The position numbers and the translations under genes were made by a program. Below, one piece after another: positions 48,253 through 57,647 of a stretch of DNA of 64,000 nucleotides; the stretch's first letter is position 1; the number at the start of each line of letters is the position of its first letter. The stretch comes from a virus. The notes under the pieces were generated by a model that worked only from the letters and a program-made list of their open reading frames with translations, did no database searches and had not been told where the DNA came from. The DNA is taken from positions 1 to 64,000 of IMG/VR virus record IMGVR_UViG_3300015371_000002; one strand, 5' to 3'.

Positions 48253-48912
48253 CTAACGCTTCAGTTTATCGCGATAGGCAAGGACGGCGCGGCAGAAGGC
48301 GAGCAGATCGGCATCGGTGCCGTTCATTCGCGCTGAGTTGGCTTGGAACGTAACGATGCGCACGTTGTTTGCGACATACCCGCCGATTGGATCAATCCGA
48401 TCCAGTGACGGAGCATCAAGAACATAGCCTGTGCCGGCTATCTTCATCGTGCGATGCGTTAACGGGCAGATACCGCCCTGCTTATTCCACAATTCTCGCA
48501 GAAAGGCAGCTGGCAAATCGGTAGCCGCGCGCTTACGCGTATGAGCCGCTGTAATATTTGACCACTTGTAGATCATGCCCTTTTCGGATGCATAGAACTT
48601 GGCCAGAGACTCCGATAACCTGTCCGGATGGTCGGCTTTATACTTTGCTGCCTTGAGTGCCGCTTCAGTTGGAAGGCCGGCTTCTCGATCTGCATCCGCC
48701 TTCGCTTGAACGGTTGGCTTAGTTATCTGCCAATAGGTCTTATTATAGACCGTTCTCTTCGGCTTTTCTCGCTCCTTGAATGCCTGACCGAGAGGGGAGA
48801 GAAGGTAGGCTTTGTTGCGAGCTCTGTGGCACGATCTGCAATAGTTACTATCCGAGAAGTCCGTTCCACCACACTTTGGACAAAACGGCGGCCGTGTCTT
48901 GGGATTACTCAT
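48253..48912 (-). CDS. HNH-like endonuclease
   Basis: CPKC..CRSC finger; LRELWNKQGGICPLT...SLDRIDPIGGYVANNVRIVTFQAN. Confidence 0.85.
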   Translation of the reverse strand: MSNPKTRPPFCPKCGGTDFSDSNYCRSCHRARNKAYLLSPLGQAFKEREKPKRTVYNKTYWQITKPTVQAKADADREAGLPTEAALKAAKYKADHPDRLSESLAKFYASEKGMIYKWSNITAAHTRKRAATDLPAAFLRELWNKQGGICPLTHRTMKIAGTGYVLDAPSLDRIDPIGGYVANNVRIVTFQANSARMNGTDADLLAFCRAVLAYRDKLKR

Positions 48913-49438
48913 GGCCTTCACTCGCGGCCACTACATCCTCACAGAACCGATACAGGTCATCGTCCGTTCCGAACAGACGCGCAGCGTTCGCTTGTAGGGT
49001 AACTAGTCGAAGGTTGTCGATATCATAACGCTTCGTTTTATCGATGCGATCCACTGAGGCCGATTGTAGCGATGGCTCCCCTTTCCGTATTACCATTGGC
49101 CACCCAGTGAGGGCGCACATCCCGTCTTGTTGGAGCCACAACTCGCGAAGCTGAGCGGCAGTTATGGAACCTCCAGGACCGGGCTTGGTCCTTGGTTTGC
49201 CGTCATTGAAAGCTACGATTCTGCGAGTGGTCTTGCGCAGTCTCTGGGCTGTGCTGTGAGACCACACATAGAGCGCTCCGTCTATAGTGGTCGCCTGACG
49301 CTCTTTGCGTTGTCGCTTGACCTTTTCCTTATGGCGCTCGTGGTATCGCGCGACACGAACTCTAAGACACGGGACGCAATCGCCCCACGCATTGATGTTG
49401 TCGCTTCCGCACTTCGTGCATACCCTGATCTCAGCCAT
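48905..49438 (-). CDS. HNH-like endonuclease
   Basis: CTKC..CVPC finger; LRELWLQQDGMCALTG...SVDRIDKTKRYDIDNLRLVTLQAN; ATG 49438 after AGGAGA. Confidence 0.85.
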   Translation of the reverse strand: MAEIRVCTKCGSDNINAWGDCVPCLRVRVARYHERHKEKVKRQRKERQATTIDGALYVWSHSTAQRLRKTTRRIVAFNDGKPRTKPGPGGSITAAQLRELWLQQDGMCALTGWPMVIRKGEPSLQSASVDRIDKTKRYDIDNLRLVTLQANAARLFGTDDDLYRFCEDVVAASEGHE

Positions 49439-49440
49439 TT

Positions 49441-49542
49441 CAGATGTCTCCTCATCTGGTTGGTCAGAGAGGTCGGCGGCGGTTGCACGCCCCGGCCTCT
49501 CGCTCACATCAGTGTCATACTATACCACACTACATTGCACAA
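49441..49542 (-). promoter_or_regulatory. promoter plus structured leader of the HNH pair
   Basis: TTGTGC-N17-TATGAC (or TGnTATAGT); stem GAGAGGCCGG/CCGACCTCTC, CTGACCA, CAGATG-AGGAGA-CATCTG. Confidence 0.65.
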
Positions 49543-49569
49543 GCCCTTATATATCTGGCAGAATATTCG

Positions 49570-49965
49570 TTACGTAAGCGTGTGGACCAATGAACCCGCG
49601 TTAAAGACCAAGCTGTCCCCGACACCGAGCGTCCGGGCTGTTGCAAGCGTGCCGAACCACCACATGGTTCCATTCCCGGTTGTGCCGTGGTCCCAGACTT
49701 GCAACCCAGCGACGGTGCGAGCGCTGGAGAACGGCCCAAAAGTAAATGCTCCAGAGTTTGCAGCTGACATGCCAGCAGCAATGGCGGAGTTATAGACGAC
49801 GACCTGCCGGGTGACGCCTTCACCCGTCGCCATCTCACTGGCGGAAATGCTTGATGGTGTGCCAATCGACAGACCGACCGCTCGAGTAGATGGACGCGTT
49901 GGCGTGGCTCCGCCAAGATTCCAGTCGAGCAACGCCACAGCTGCCCCGGTGCTGATACCAGTCAT
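49570..49965 (-). CDS. small beta-rich virion structural protein (fibre-subunit-like family)
   Basis: LLDW...TRP...E...RQ...NSGAFTFG...TVAGLQVWDHGTTGNGTMWWFGTL...RTLGVGDSLVFNAGSL, a pattern widespread in phage structural regions. Confidence 0.75.
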   Translation of the reverse strand: MTGISTGAAVALLDWNLGGATPTRPSTRAVGLSIGTPSSISASEMATGEGVTRQVVVYNSAIAAGMSAANSGAFTFGPFSSARTVAGLQVWDHGTTGNGTMWWFGTLATARTLGVGDSLVFNAGSLVHTLT

Positions 49966-50057
49966 TTAGTCGTCTCCCACGCGCTAACGCGGGGAAACCA
50001 TTCCCCCGCTCAAAAGACTCGGATTGTTCGAAGAAGGGGGGCTGCTTGGGGGGCTGG

Positions 50058-51179
50058 TTAGTCGGCCGCTTCGGCGCGCCGCAGGCCGACATAGCCTTCG
50101 GTGATCGGCGCGACGTTCGCTACGTTAAGGTCCACACATCGTCCGCTGACCTTCCGGTCGGCCCATTGCTTGATGTGGTCCAGCACGACGGTATCGTGGA
50201 TATCGGTGATGCAGGCGGCAGCATCGGCCTTCTCCGCCTTCACGCAGGTCTCTGGCGTTTCGTGCAACTGGTGACATGGCCAGCACGGGACACGCGCCTG
50301 GTCAGCGTGCAGCGTAATGGTATTCACCCAGTGCTTGGTAATGTTGGTGGGCGACGCGTGACTGAGCAGCACTATCTTCGGCATCGGCAACATCGCCACG
50401 CCCCACGCGAGGCCGGTATCAGGAGTGATTATCAGGTCACACTGGGCGATCTGCGCCAGATTGCGCCGCATCGACCACTCGACGGTGGCCTCACGAGTGT
50501 CTTTACTGATGCAGCAGTGCAGGCCTTCGATGTCGTTGTTCTGGTATTTTACCTGCTCGAGAATGCGGTCGGCGATTTCCACATCCTTGCCCGGTCCGCC
50601 GAACAGAACGATCGGCAACTTGATATCCCGCAGCACCTTGGCAACCATGTTCGCCATCCACGGCCAGATCTTGTCCTGCCGTGATCCTGACAGCACCAGT
50701 CCGATGACCCGCTCACCAACCGTGCCCTTAACCCGGATGGCATCGGCAACTTCCTCATCGCTCGGATAGAACCGCGGGCCGATGGTGAAATCGTGCGGCA
50801 CCTCGCAAACGTCGTGCGCCACCTCAAGGTAATTATGGTCGCATATCTTGCGGCGCATCGAGGCCGACCAATAGAACCACGACATGCTCGGCGGCAACGC
50901 GATCAGCGCCTCGCAACTATGCGACAGATTGTAGAATGCGCCGAATTCCTTAGCCTTCTGCCGCATCCACCGCTGCCAATCGCCATCTAGTGGGACATGG
51001 CCCTTTGGTAGTTCCGTCAGCTTGGCGACGTGCGGATTGTGCGTCCAGATACTGCCATATGGGTGGTCGACGATGACCTCAACGTTGTATTTCTGCGCCA
51101 GCAACGCGACGGGAGAAGAGGCAATAATCGAATCTCCGATCGAGCCACTCCTAAACAATCCGCACCAAGGCCTCGGCAT
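50058..51179 (-). CDS. GT9-like (heptosyltransferase-fold) glycosyltransferase
   Basis: GSIGDSIIAS...NPHV...CDLIITPDTG...PKIVL...CWPC. Confidence 0.85.
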   Translation of the reverse strand: MPRPWCGLFRSGSIGDSIIASSPVALLAQKYNVEVIVDHPYGSIWTHNPHVAKLTELPKGHVPLDGDWQRWMRQKAKEFGAFYNLSHSCEALIALPPSMSWFYWSASMRRKICDHNYLEVAHDVCEVPHDFTIGPRFYPSDEEVADAIRVKGTVGERVIGLVLSGSRQDKIWPWMANMVAKVLRDIKLPIVLFGGPGKDVEIADRILEQVKYQNNDIEGLHCCISKDTREATVEWSMRRNLAQIAQCDLIITPDTGLAWGVAMLPMPKIVLLSHASPTNITKHWVNTITLHADQARVPCWPCHQLHETPETCVKAEKADAAACITDIHDTVVLDHIKQWADRKVSGRCVDLNVANVAPITEGYVGLRRAEAAD

Positions 51180-51182
51180 CGC

Positions 51183-51413
51183 TCACCCATCTAATTCCGC
51201 AAGGATTGGCCAGATCGACGCCTCGGAAAAATAGCCGGTGCGCCGAATGAACGTGCGCCCCTGATAGCTAATCAGATCGGTGTTAATACCGGTTGGTATC
51301 TGCACCGTAACTCTGGTGCCGCGTCCCGCATAACGCAACACGACGTCCTGCGTTCGGCGAACTGGTTCGGCCGGCCGCGGCGCTTCATACGCCGCCATTC
51401 TATCTGGTTTCAT
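51183..51413 (-). CDS. small hypothetical protein
   Basis: 76 aa, GGAGGT SD. Confidence 0.6.
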   Translation of the reverse strand: MKPDRMAAYEAPRPAEPVRRTQDVVLRYAGRGTRVTVQIPTGINTDLISYQGRTFIRRTGYFSEASIWPILAELDG

Positions 51414-51440
51414 GTGATACCTCCCAGCGGGAGGGGCGGA

Positions 51441-52937
51441 CTATCTCCGCCGTATCCACCGCCGCAGCGTGGCTTGGCCAGTCGGGAACATCTCGACCGG
51501 CATCTCTTCTTCCTCGTGCAGTAGGAAGCCGGCCTTCCGCAGATAGTCGGGCACGCTGAACTGGTCGTCGAGCCAGCCAAACTTGCCCCTGAACTCGACC
51601 GGAACGAAACGCGTGTTGCCGTCCATCGTATAGAACGGCGCCCCAGGTTCCAGCGCCTCCCACACCGCGCGGATTAGATTCCTCAGATCGTCCGGCATCA
51701 TGTGCTGTAATGCCCAGACGGCGAACGCGCCCTGGGCGGCCAGCTCACGATGGAACACCATCTTCTGGAAAATGTCCGGCGAGATGGCCGCGAACCGCTT
51801 TTGATCGCCGACGTATTCTTCGGCGCTAGCCCGCATAGACGCTGAGCCGTCAATGCCAATGATCCGATGGCGATGCAGCAGTGGCTTGGACAACCGTCCA
51901 ATGCCACAGCCTATGTCGAGGATGGTGCCTCTCGGGAACATCATTTTCCCCAGCAACCATTCCGTCTCTTTAACCCAGCGGTGAGCGGTGGTCAGGCCCT
52001 GGTTGGGCTCTTCCGTGAGGATGATGGCCTTCGCCTGCTCGATAGATGCCTGCTCGAACACCTCTGGACAATAATGCGCGGCGTATTTGCCAGCGGCTGG
52101 TCGGGTATCGATCAGCACGATCCCGTGCCATGTCTCATAACGCCACGCCGAGAAACCATGCGCCTCCAGGAACTCGTTCAGCGCAGACCGCACCGTGGTA
52201 ATCGACGACGTATCGTCGACCAGAAGATAGTCGGCGAACGGCGCGCACAGTTCCATGTCGCGGAGCGCTTCGTCGTGGTTATGGGCGCCGTCGATATGGA
52301 TCAGGTCATAGCGCCGATCGAGCGAGATCAGCCGTTGGGAGTTGGCACGAAACACATTGACCGACGCAGCCGGATACTCGCGCCGCAGCATCGCCTCCGC
52401 ATGTTCGACATAGCCGGTGACGCCACCGTTGGTGCCGTTGTCAGCATCCAGGCCGACATAGGTCGCGTCTGGCACGACAGACAGCATGGTCCAAGCGGAA
52501 TAGCCCGCACGCACGCCGATCTCGAGGATCTTCTTCGGCTTCAGCTCGCGACATACCTCGGCGTATACGGCGTAGTGCTGGTCTGAGTATGGACGATTGG
52601 TCCGATAGATATCGAGGAATTCGTCATCGGCGATGAAAATCCGCTCGGGCAGCACGTCAGCCATGTCGGGAACCTGGCGTTCCTCTAGTCCGTCATAGAA
52701 CGGCGTGCGGCCGATGCGCGTAACGTGGATGTCGAATAGCCGCTTTTCGGGATGGTGAACGACGACCAGGTCGAGCTCAGGCGTGCCCTCAGTGACAAAC
52801 TTTACACCGCCGTCAAGCTCGTGTTCGCCGGGACCAAACTGCGCTACGACGCTGCCCTGTTCGATCAGCGGCAGACCGCGATAGCGAATTTCCCCGACGT
52901 TACGCCAGACCTCGGCCTCTAGCTCTGCCTGCATCAT
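51441..52937 (-). CDS. double class I SAM-methyltransferase fusion
   Basis: ILEIGVRAGYS...DLIHIDGAH...LVDD and ILDIGCGIGRL...WALQH. Confidence 0.85.
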   Translation of the reverse strand: MMQAELEAEVWRNVGEIRYRGLPLIEQGSVVAQFGPGEHELDGGVKFVTEGTPELDLVVVHHPEKRLFDIHVTRIGRTPFYDGLEERQVPDMADVLPERIFIADDEFLDIYRTNRPYSDQHYAVYAEVCRELKPKKILEIGVRAGYSAWTMLSVVPDATYVGLDADNGTNGGVTGYVEHAEAMLRREYPAASVNVFRANSQRLISLDRRYDLIHIDGAHNHDEALRDMELCAPFADYLLVDDTSSITTVRSALNEFLEAHGFSAWRYETWHGIVLIDTRPAAGKYAAHYCPEVFEQASIEQAKAIILTEEPNQGLTTAHRWVKETEWLLGKMMFPRGTILDIGCGIGRLSKPLLHRHRIIGIDGSASMRASAEEYVGDQKRFAAISPDIFQKMVFHRELAAQGAFAVWALQHMMPDDLRNLIRAVWEALEPGAPFYTMDGNTRFVPVEFRGKFGWLDDQFSVPDYLRKAGFLLHEEEEMPVEMFPTGQATLRRWIRRR

Positions 52938-53086
52938 GCGGGCGGCTGCTCCGGCTCACTCGGTTGGTCGAGATGGGCATTATCTGGATGGCGGATAACA
53001 TCGATCTTGCTGTCATCAATGTTCAGCTCGCCGAAGCCGACGCCGGACGGCGTTTCCTGCGGTGGCTGTTGGGGGGCGTCACTCAT
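52934..53086 (-). CDS. small acidic protein (not in ORF track)
   Basis: MSDAPQQPPQETPSGVGFGELNIDD...PPA*, 50 aa, ATGA overlaps on both sides. Confidence 0.5.
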   Translation of the reverse strand: MSDAPQQPPQETPSGVGFGELNIDDSKIDVIRHPDNAHLDQPSEPEQPPA

Positions 53087-53694
53087 GGGTATTCCTTCTG
53101 TATTATGAAAGCATGGAGCAAATCCGCCGCTTCACGCGGCACCAACGCGAGCATGTTGCGACTGACCCCGCCGGTTTGGCCGTGCCGTGCCACCAGGGTT
53201 GCGATCTGCAACACCGATGGCCACGCGCCGTTCTTACCGGTGAAGGTGTCAGCGTCATCGATCAGCACCGCGCATGACGGCAGCGGCAGGACCGCCTCGA
53301 GCTCGTCCAGGGTGGGGCAGTCATCGGGGCGGCTGCCGAACAGGCCGTTGACGTTATGCGCGTCGAGATAGAACAGCGCTGGGGTCGTGAGGCCTGCGGC
53401 GATCTGCGGCAGCAGAATGCGGCTGTCACCCAGCAGGCAATGCACATTGGCGGGCATCTTGCTCGACGCCATGCCGTGGAATGTCGGGTTGATCTCGATC
53501 GTGGTGACGACTTCGAAATGCTGCGATGCCCAACGCGCGGTAGCACCGAGAAACGCCCCGGTTTCGACGAAGTGCTGCAGGCCAAGACGATCACGGAGGG
53601 CCAGGACGAAGAGGGCCACATCGGGGTAGTTGAATTTCGACGATATGGTAAGCGAGAAGGTGTCGGCAATTTCCGTTACTGGAGCATCTTCCAT
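53083..53694 (-). CDS. class I SAM methyltransferase
   Basis: FVETGAFLGAT...TIEI...GDS...FYLDAH...LIDDA. Confidence 0.8.
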   Translation of the reverse strand: MEDAPVTEIADTFSLTISSKFNYPDVALFVLALRDRLGLQHFVETGAFLGATARWASQHFEVVTTIEINPTFHGMASSKMPANVHCLLGDSRILLPQIAAGLTTPALFYLDAHNVNGLFGSRPDDCPTLDELEAVLPLPSCAVLIDDADTFTGKNGAWPSVLQIATLVARHGQTGGVSRNMLALVPREAADLLHAFIIQKEYP

Positions 53695-54488
53695 AAAGCA
53701 CCGTTTATCAGTTCATTTTCATCCCACTGACTGTAGGCCAGCGAGTTGAGCCATGGTTGGCGGTCGGCATAGCGCGGCTTCTCGATCTGCTTGAGATCAG
53801 TGCGCCCGACGAGGGCAGCAGCGGATGATGGATCGACGAACACCGGGTAGCCGAGGACGACCGCCTCAACCGCAGCGATGGAGCCGTGAGTGACAACGCA
53901 ATGGGCGCCCTTCAGGTCCAACTGCAGAGGACGATTGCGGACGTGTTCCTTGTCGCGGATCACCAGCTGTCGGTCGGTGACGCGGGCCAATGCATCTATA
54001 GTGTCAGCGATCCAACTCTCTATGCGATGAAACCGCGCGTAGGTGCGCGATGGTGCGGCGATGACGATATGCCGACCGCCCTTTTGCCACTCAGCAACGG
54101 GAAGCCGCAGAGCCTTCCATCGGTCATCGGGAACATCAAGGAGACGCTGGCATTGATATGAGCCGATGTGCCAGCGGTAAAATCCCGAGCCACTTCGGGC
54201 ACGGTTGAAATCGGCGCAGGCGTATATGCGAAGGAAGTAACCTCTATCCCAGTATCCCCATACCACATTGCGTGCGCGCCAATCGGCAATCAGTTGCGTC
54301 AGCTTCGGTTCACATCCGGCAATGGGGAGCAGTCCCTGGTCGGCATATTCGGCGAGTTGCGCCACATCGCCGCGCACCATCTTGCCGCCCGCCGCCGTTA
54401 CGCGGGCGCCTATGCGCTCGAACAGATCGGACTTCGGCTTCGATAAATTATCGCTCTTCCAGAACGCAACCCGCGCCGGATCAATCAC
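53676..54488 (-). CDS. GT-B-like capsule-polysaccharide-synthesis-type protein
   Basis: YWDRGYF...HCVVTHGSIAAVEAVVLGYPVF...WLNSLAYSQW. Confidence 0.65.
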   Translation of the reverse strand: MIDPARVAFWKSDNLSKPKSDLFERIGARVTAAGGKMVRGDVAQLAEYADQGLLPIAGCEPKLTQLIADWRARNVVWGYWDRGYFLRIYACADFNRARSGSGFYRWHIGSYQCQRLLDVPDDRWKALRLPVAEWQKGGRHIVIAAPSRTYARFHRIESWIADTIDALARVTDRQLVIRDKEHVRNRPLQLDLKGAHCVVTHGSIAAVEAVVLGYPVFVDPSSAAALVGRTDLKQIEKPRYADRQPWLNSLAYSQWDENELINGALWKMLQ

Positions 54489-54684
54489 CGACCGCCAACC
54501 TGTGCAGTTCGGCGAGGCTGGAATACCCCAGCTTGCGTGCCAGCTTCAGTTGATACTTCCGTAGGCGTTCGCAAATCCGACACGTCACGCGCCGGCTGCC
54601 GTTCGAGTTGATGTCAAAGCGTGTGGTGGTTACGTCCAGCACGTGGCCTGCCTTGCAGAACTTCATGGTGCCGGATGCCCTCAA
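54481..54684 (-). CDS. small zinc-finger protein
   Basis: CKAGH...CRIC motif. Confidence 0.55.
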   Translation of the reverse strand: MRASGTMKFCKAGHVLDVTTTRFDINSNGSRRVTCRICERLRKYQLKLARKLGYSSLAELHRLAVGD

Positions 54685-55559
54685 ATGCCATCGCTCAGAT
54701 ACGCCGTTAGACCATCACTCAATGCCCTTGGCTCACCCAGCCCAAGGACGCGCCTGGACAGCTCGGGCGAGCCGGTGGAATGGCGGATGTCTCCCGCCCG
54801 CTCAGGGACGTGCCGCACCTCGAGCGGCTTTCCCGCAAGCGCCGCCATCATCGCCGCCAGGGCGAGAACGGTGGTCGGTAGGCCGGTGCACACATTCAGC
54901 GCCCCGGGCCATTCGACGCCCATCGCCGCCATCAACGCGGCGACCGCATCGGATACATGGATGAAATCGCGCGTCTGCCGCCCGTCGCCACAGACCTCGA
55001 CAGGCACGCCGCGTGTGATGCTGTTGCGGAACTTCGCCACCACGCCGTGGCAGCCTAAGCCGTAAACGTTAAACAGCCGCAGACCTGTGGCTTGGACGTG
55101 GTTACCGACGCTCGCCATCACCTCGGCGGAGAGCTTTTCCGCGCCATAGGGTGAAATCGGCTTGGGATACGCGGCTTCTCTCACCCGGCATTCAGCGTTG
55201 CCGTAGATCGCTGCGGACGACGCATAGACGATGGGAAGGATGGCTGACTGAGACGCGGCATTGAGCAGCGCCACCAGCCCGCCAACATTGGTTCGGAACG
55301 CGCGACAGCGGTCGTCTCCACGAGCGTCTGGCTGCACCGCTGCCAGATGAAAGCAGCCGTCCACGCCCTCCAGTGCCTCACGCAAATCCAGAGCGTCCGT
55401 GACATCGCCCTGGATTGCCTCGACGTCGGGCGGGAACCGGTTGCTGTTGGACAGGTCGTCCAGCACTCGGACATCATCGCCCCTGGCGTTGAGCGCACGG
55501 CACAGATGCGTGCCGATGAAGCCCGCACCGCCAGTGACCAACCAGAGGCTCAATACCAA
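54681..55559 (-). CDS. NAD-dependent nucleotide-sugar epimerase/dehydratase
   Basis: VTGGAGFIG, HLAA, ASSAAIYG, YGAEK, RLFNVYG, RDFIHVSD. Confidence 0.93.
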   Translation of the reverse strand: MVLSLWLVTGGAGFIGTHLCRALNARGDDVRVLDDLSNSNRFPPDVEAIQGDVTDALDLREALEGVDGCFHLAAVQPDARGDDRCRAFRTNVGGLVALLNAASQSAILPIVYASSAAIYGNAECRVREAAYPKPISPYGAEKLSAEVMASVGNHVQATGLRLFNVYGLGCHGVVAKFRNSITRGVPVEVCGDGRQTRDFIHVSDAVAALMAAMGVEWPGALNVCTGLPTTVLALAAMMAALAGKPLEVRHVPERAGDIRHSTGSPELSRRVLGLGEPRALSDGLTAYLSDGI

Positions 55560-56182
55560 TTCTTTCGGGCCCAGGGGAAATGCAGAAGATCAGGGCATTT
55601 CGGCCTGCCATGTAGATAAATTATTCTGGCATCAGGAGGAGGGTTTCCGTCGCCGACTTTCTGCACCTGAGCCTTATAGCTCAGGATATATTTTTTGTTC
55701 GGCCAGATATCCTCGATGCATCGCGTCTGCTGCCGTCGCATCCACGTCAGATCGGTTTCGCCCTTCCATTCGTCCCACACACGGCGATGCCCGGCAGGGA
55801 TTAGTGCCACGCCGTTGACGGTGCGGGTCGGAACATAGGGATCGCGGGATAGCGCGATGTCTTGCTGTGTCAGGCAATACTCGACAAATAGATCGCAATT
55901 GCCGACGACGATCGTATCAAGCTGTAGAAACAGGGTCGGTTCATCCAGCCGGTAGACCTCGGCCTGCGCGCCGTAATCCGGATCCGGCGTGACCATCAGC
56001 TCCTGGTGGATTTCTGTCTCTGCGAAATCGCGTAGCTCGTCCACGAAACACACGAAACGGAACGGCACGGTCAAATTGCGCTTGACCCCGCGATACAGCT
56101 TCTCAACCCAAGCTTCGTCATAGACCGAGAACGGATGGCTATGCTGATTTGGTTTCCACAACATGGTGGCTACGTGAAGCAT
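55550..56182 (-). CDS. GT-A fold glycosyltransferase
   Basis: VEKLYRGVKRNLTVPFRFVCF...LQLDTIVVG...LHGRPK. Confidence 0.8.
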   Translation of the reverse strand: MLHVATMLWKPNQHSHPFSVYDEAWVEKLYRGVKRNLTVPFRFVCFVDELRDFAETEIHQELMVTPDPDYGAQAEVYRLDEPTLFLQLDTIVVGNCDLFVEYCLTQQDIALSRDPYVPTRTVNGVALIPAGHRRVWDEWKGETDLTWMRRQQTRCIEDIWPNKKYILSYKAQVQKVGDGNPPPDARIIYLHGRPKCPDLLHFPWARKNWY

Positions 56183-56889
56183 TCAGCCGTCTCCTTGGTG
56201 TAGGAGAATACGATATCCCCCGAAACTTCCGTGAGCCTGCTGCCAGGGAACATCTCGGACAGGTTCCGTAGCGCGCCCGGCCGCCACAGGAACAACGAAC
56301 CGTCACGCACCTGAAAATTCCAGCCATGGAAGCCCGCGTAGCCGCGCCGCTCGCCTTCGTCGTCATGCGTGCGGATGTAGAGCAGCCCGCCAGGCACCAG
56401 CGCCTTGACCATCTCGCAGATCGCCAACAGCGGGTCTGCGCAGTGATCTAGGGCATTGCTCGCGTGCGCCACCTCGAAGCTGTCTGGACCAAAGCGTTGG
56501 CCGATTTCCTCCGCCTTGCATTGGACGGTGGGAACAGGCGGCACTGGCAGCCGCAGTTCCTTCAGCAATTCTCGGTAATCGTCCGCCAAGGCATCGATCG
56601 GCGTCAGTTGAATGGCGTATTTGTCGCTGTGACAGCCGAGCATCGAGGCTGGGCCGGCGCCGACGTCCAGCACGCGCACCAGCGAGCCGGGAGGCCGGGT
56701 TATCGCCGCCTCGACATCGGCGTGAAACGGATGACGCCACACGCGATCGAACAACGATTGCATGAGCGCCGCTTCCTCGGGACCCTTCTTGCCCGACAGC
56801 CACTTTCGCCAATAGGCCAACTCGTGCGGAATACCCGACGCCCAGGCCCATCGTCGAGCGGCGTCGTCCTCCGCGTTATCCGATGCCAA
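56170..56889 (-). CDS. class I SAM methyltransferase
   Basis: VLDVGAGP...IDALA...NALDH...LVPGG. Confidence 0.85.
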   Translation of the reverse strand: MASDNAEDDAARRWAWASGIPHELAYWRKWLSGKKGPEEAALMQSLFDRVWRHPFHADVEAAITRPPGSLVRVLDVGAGPASMLGCHSDKYAIQLTPIDALADDYRELLKELRLPVPPVPTVQCKAEEIGQRFGPDSFEVAHASNALDHCADPLLAICEMVKALVPGGLLYIRTHDDEGERRGYAGFHGWNFQVRDGSLFLWRPGALRNLSEMFPGSRLTEVSGDIVFSYTKETAECFT

Positions 56890-57583
56890 GCCAGTTCCGC
56901 CTTACAAACGGCAGGTTGACGAACTGCGCCGGGTCACGCGAGCCGGGGAACGCGACGATCCTGGCGTTGAGCGGCAGGTCAATGCCGTTCGGCCACGACT
57001 TCTTGCGAAACGCCCAGACCCCGTCGCGCTCGGGCAGATAGGCGCCTGCGTCCGCACCCAGCTTGTGCTCCATCCATGATTGATCGTCCGGGAAAATCGC
57101 GTAGGGCACCTCGGACGCCGCCTCGACGCTGAAATCGTCCCACACGTCTGGGCGGTAGCCTGCCGTGGTCAGCCACACGCTGCCGTTGAATAGCAGGCGA
57201 TGGTTGTTGACGCCCTGCAAGATGATGAACGCTTCGTCGCGCGCCAACAGCGGCGCCAGCTTGCCGACGATAACGATATCCAGGTCCAACACCAGGATGC
57301 GGTCGCCGATCGCCAGCCCAAGGTCGTTGCGCTGCCATTCTGGGTCGAACACGCGCAGCCGACAGAAGCAGCCCTGCAGCTTGGTCAGTAATGGGTCGCG
57401 GATAGGGATCTGATGCGATACGGAGCGGCCCAGGATGCGCGGGCGGTCGGTCACACAGACAAAGCGATAGGGGACGTCCATGTGGCGTTGCAGCGCATTG
57501 CCAAGGCGATCGACGTATTCAACGCCGTAGCGGTCACCCCAGAGAAACGTCAGGACCGTTAGTCTCGGCTCACCAGTGCCCAT
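56876..57583 (-). CDS. GT-A fold glycosyltransferase
   Basis: WGDRYGVEYV...RFVCVTD...LDLDIVIVG...FNGSV...DDQSW...FPGSRDP. Confidence 0.85.
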   Translation of the reverse strand: MGTGEPRLTVLTFLWGDRYGVEYVDRLGNALQRHMDVPYRFVCVTDRPRILGRSVSHQIPIRDPLLTKLQGCFCRLRVFDPEWQRNDLGLAIGDRILVLDLDIVIVGKLAPLLARDEAFIILQGVNNHRLLFNGSVWLTTAGYRPDVWDDFSVEAASEVPYAIFPDDQSWMEHKLGADAGAYLPERDGVWAFRKKSWPNGIDLPLNARIVAFPGSRDPAQFVNLPFVRRNWLGIG

Positions 57584-57644
57584 AGTAGAAGCTACCGCTG
57601 CCAAAGAGGAGTATCAGCAGAACGCCAATCAGCAAAATCACCAA
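57570..57644 (-). CDS. 24-aa single-TM micropeptide
   Basis: MVILLIGVLLILLFGSGSFYYGHW*, fills the intergenic gap. Confidence 0.4.
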   Translation of the reverse strand: MVILLIGVLLILLFGSGSFYYGHW

Positions 57645-57647
57645 CCC

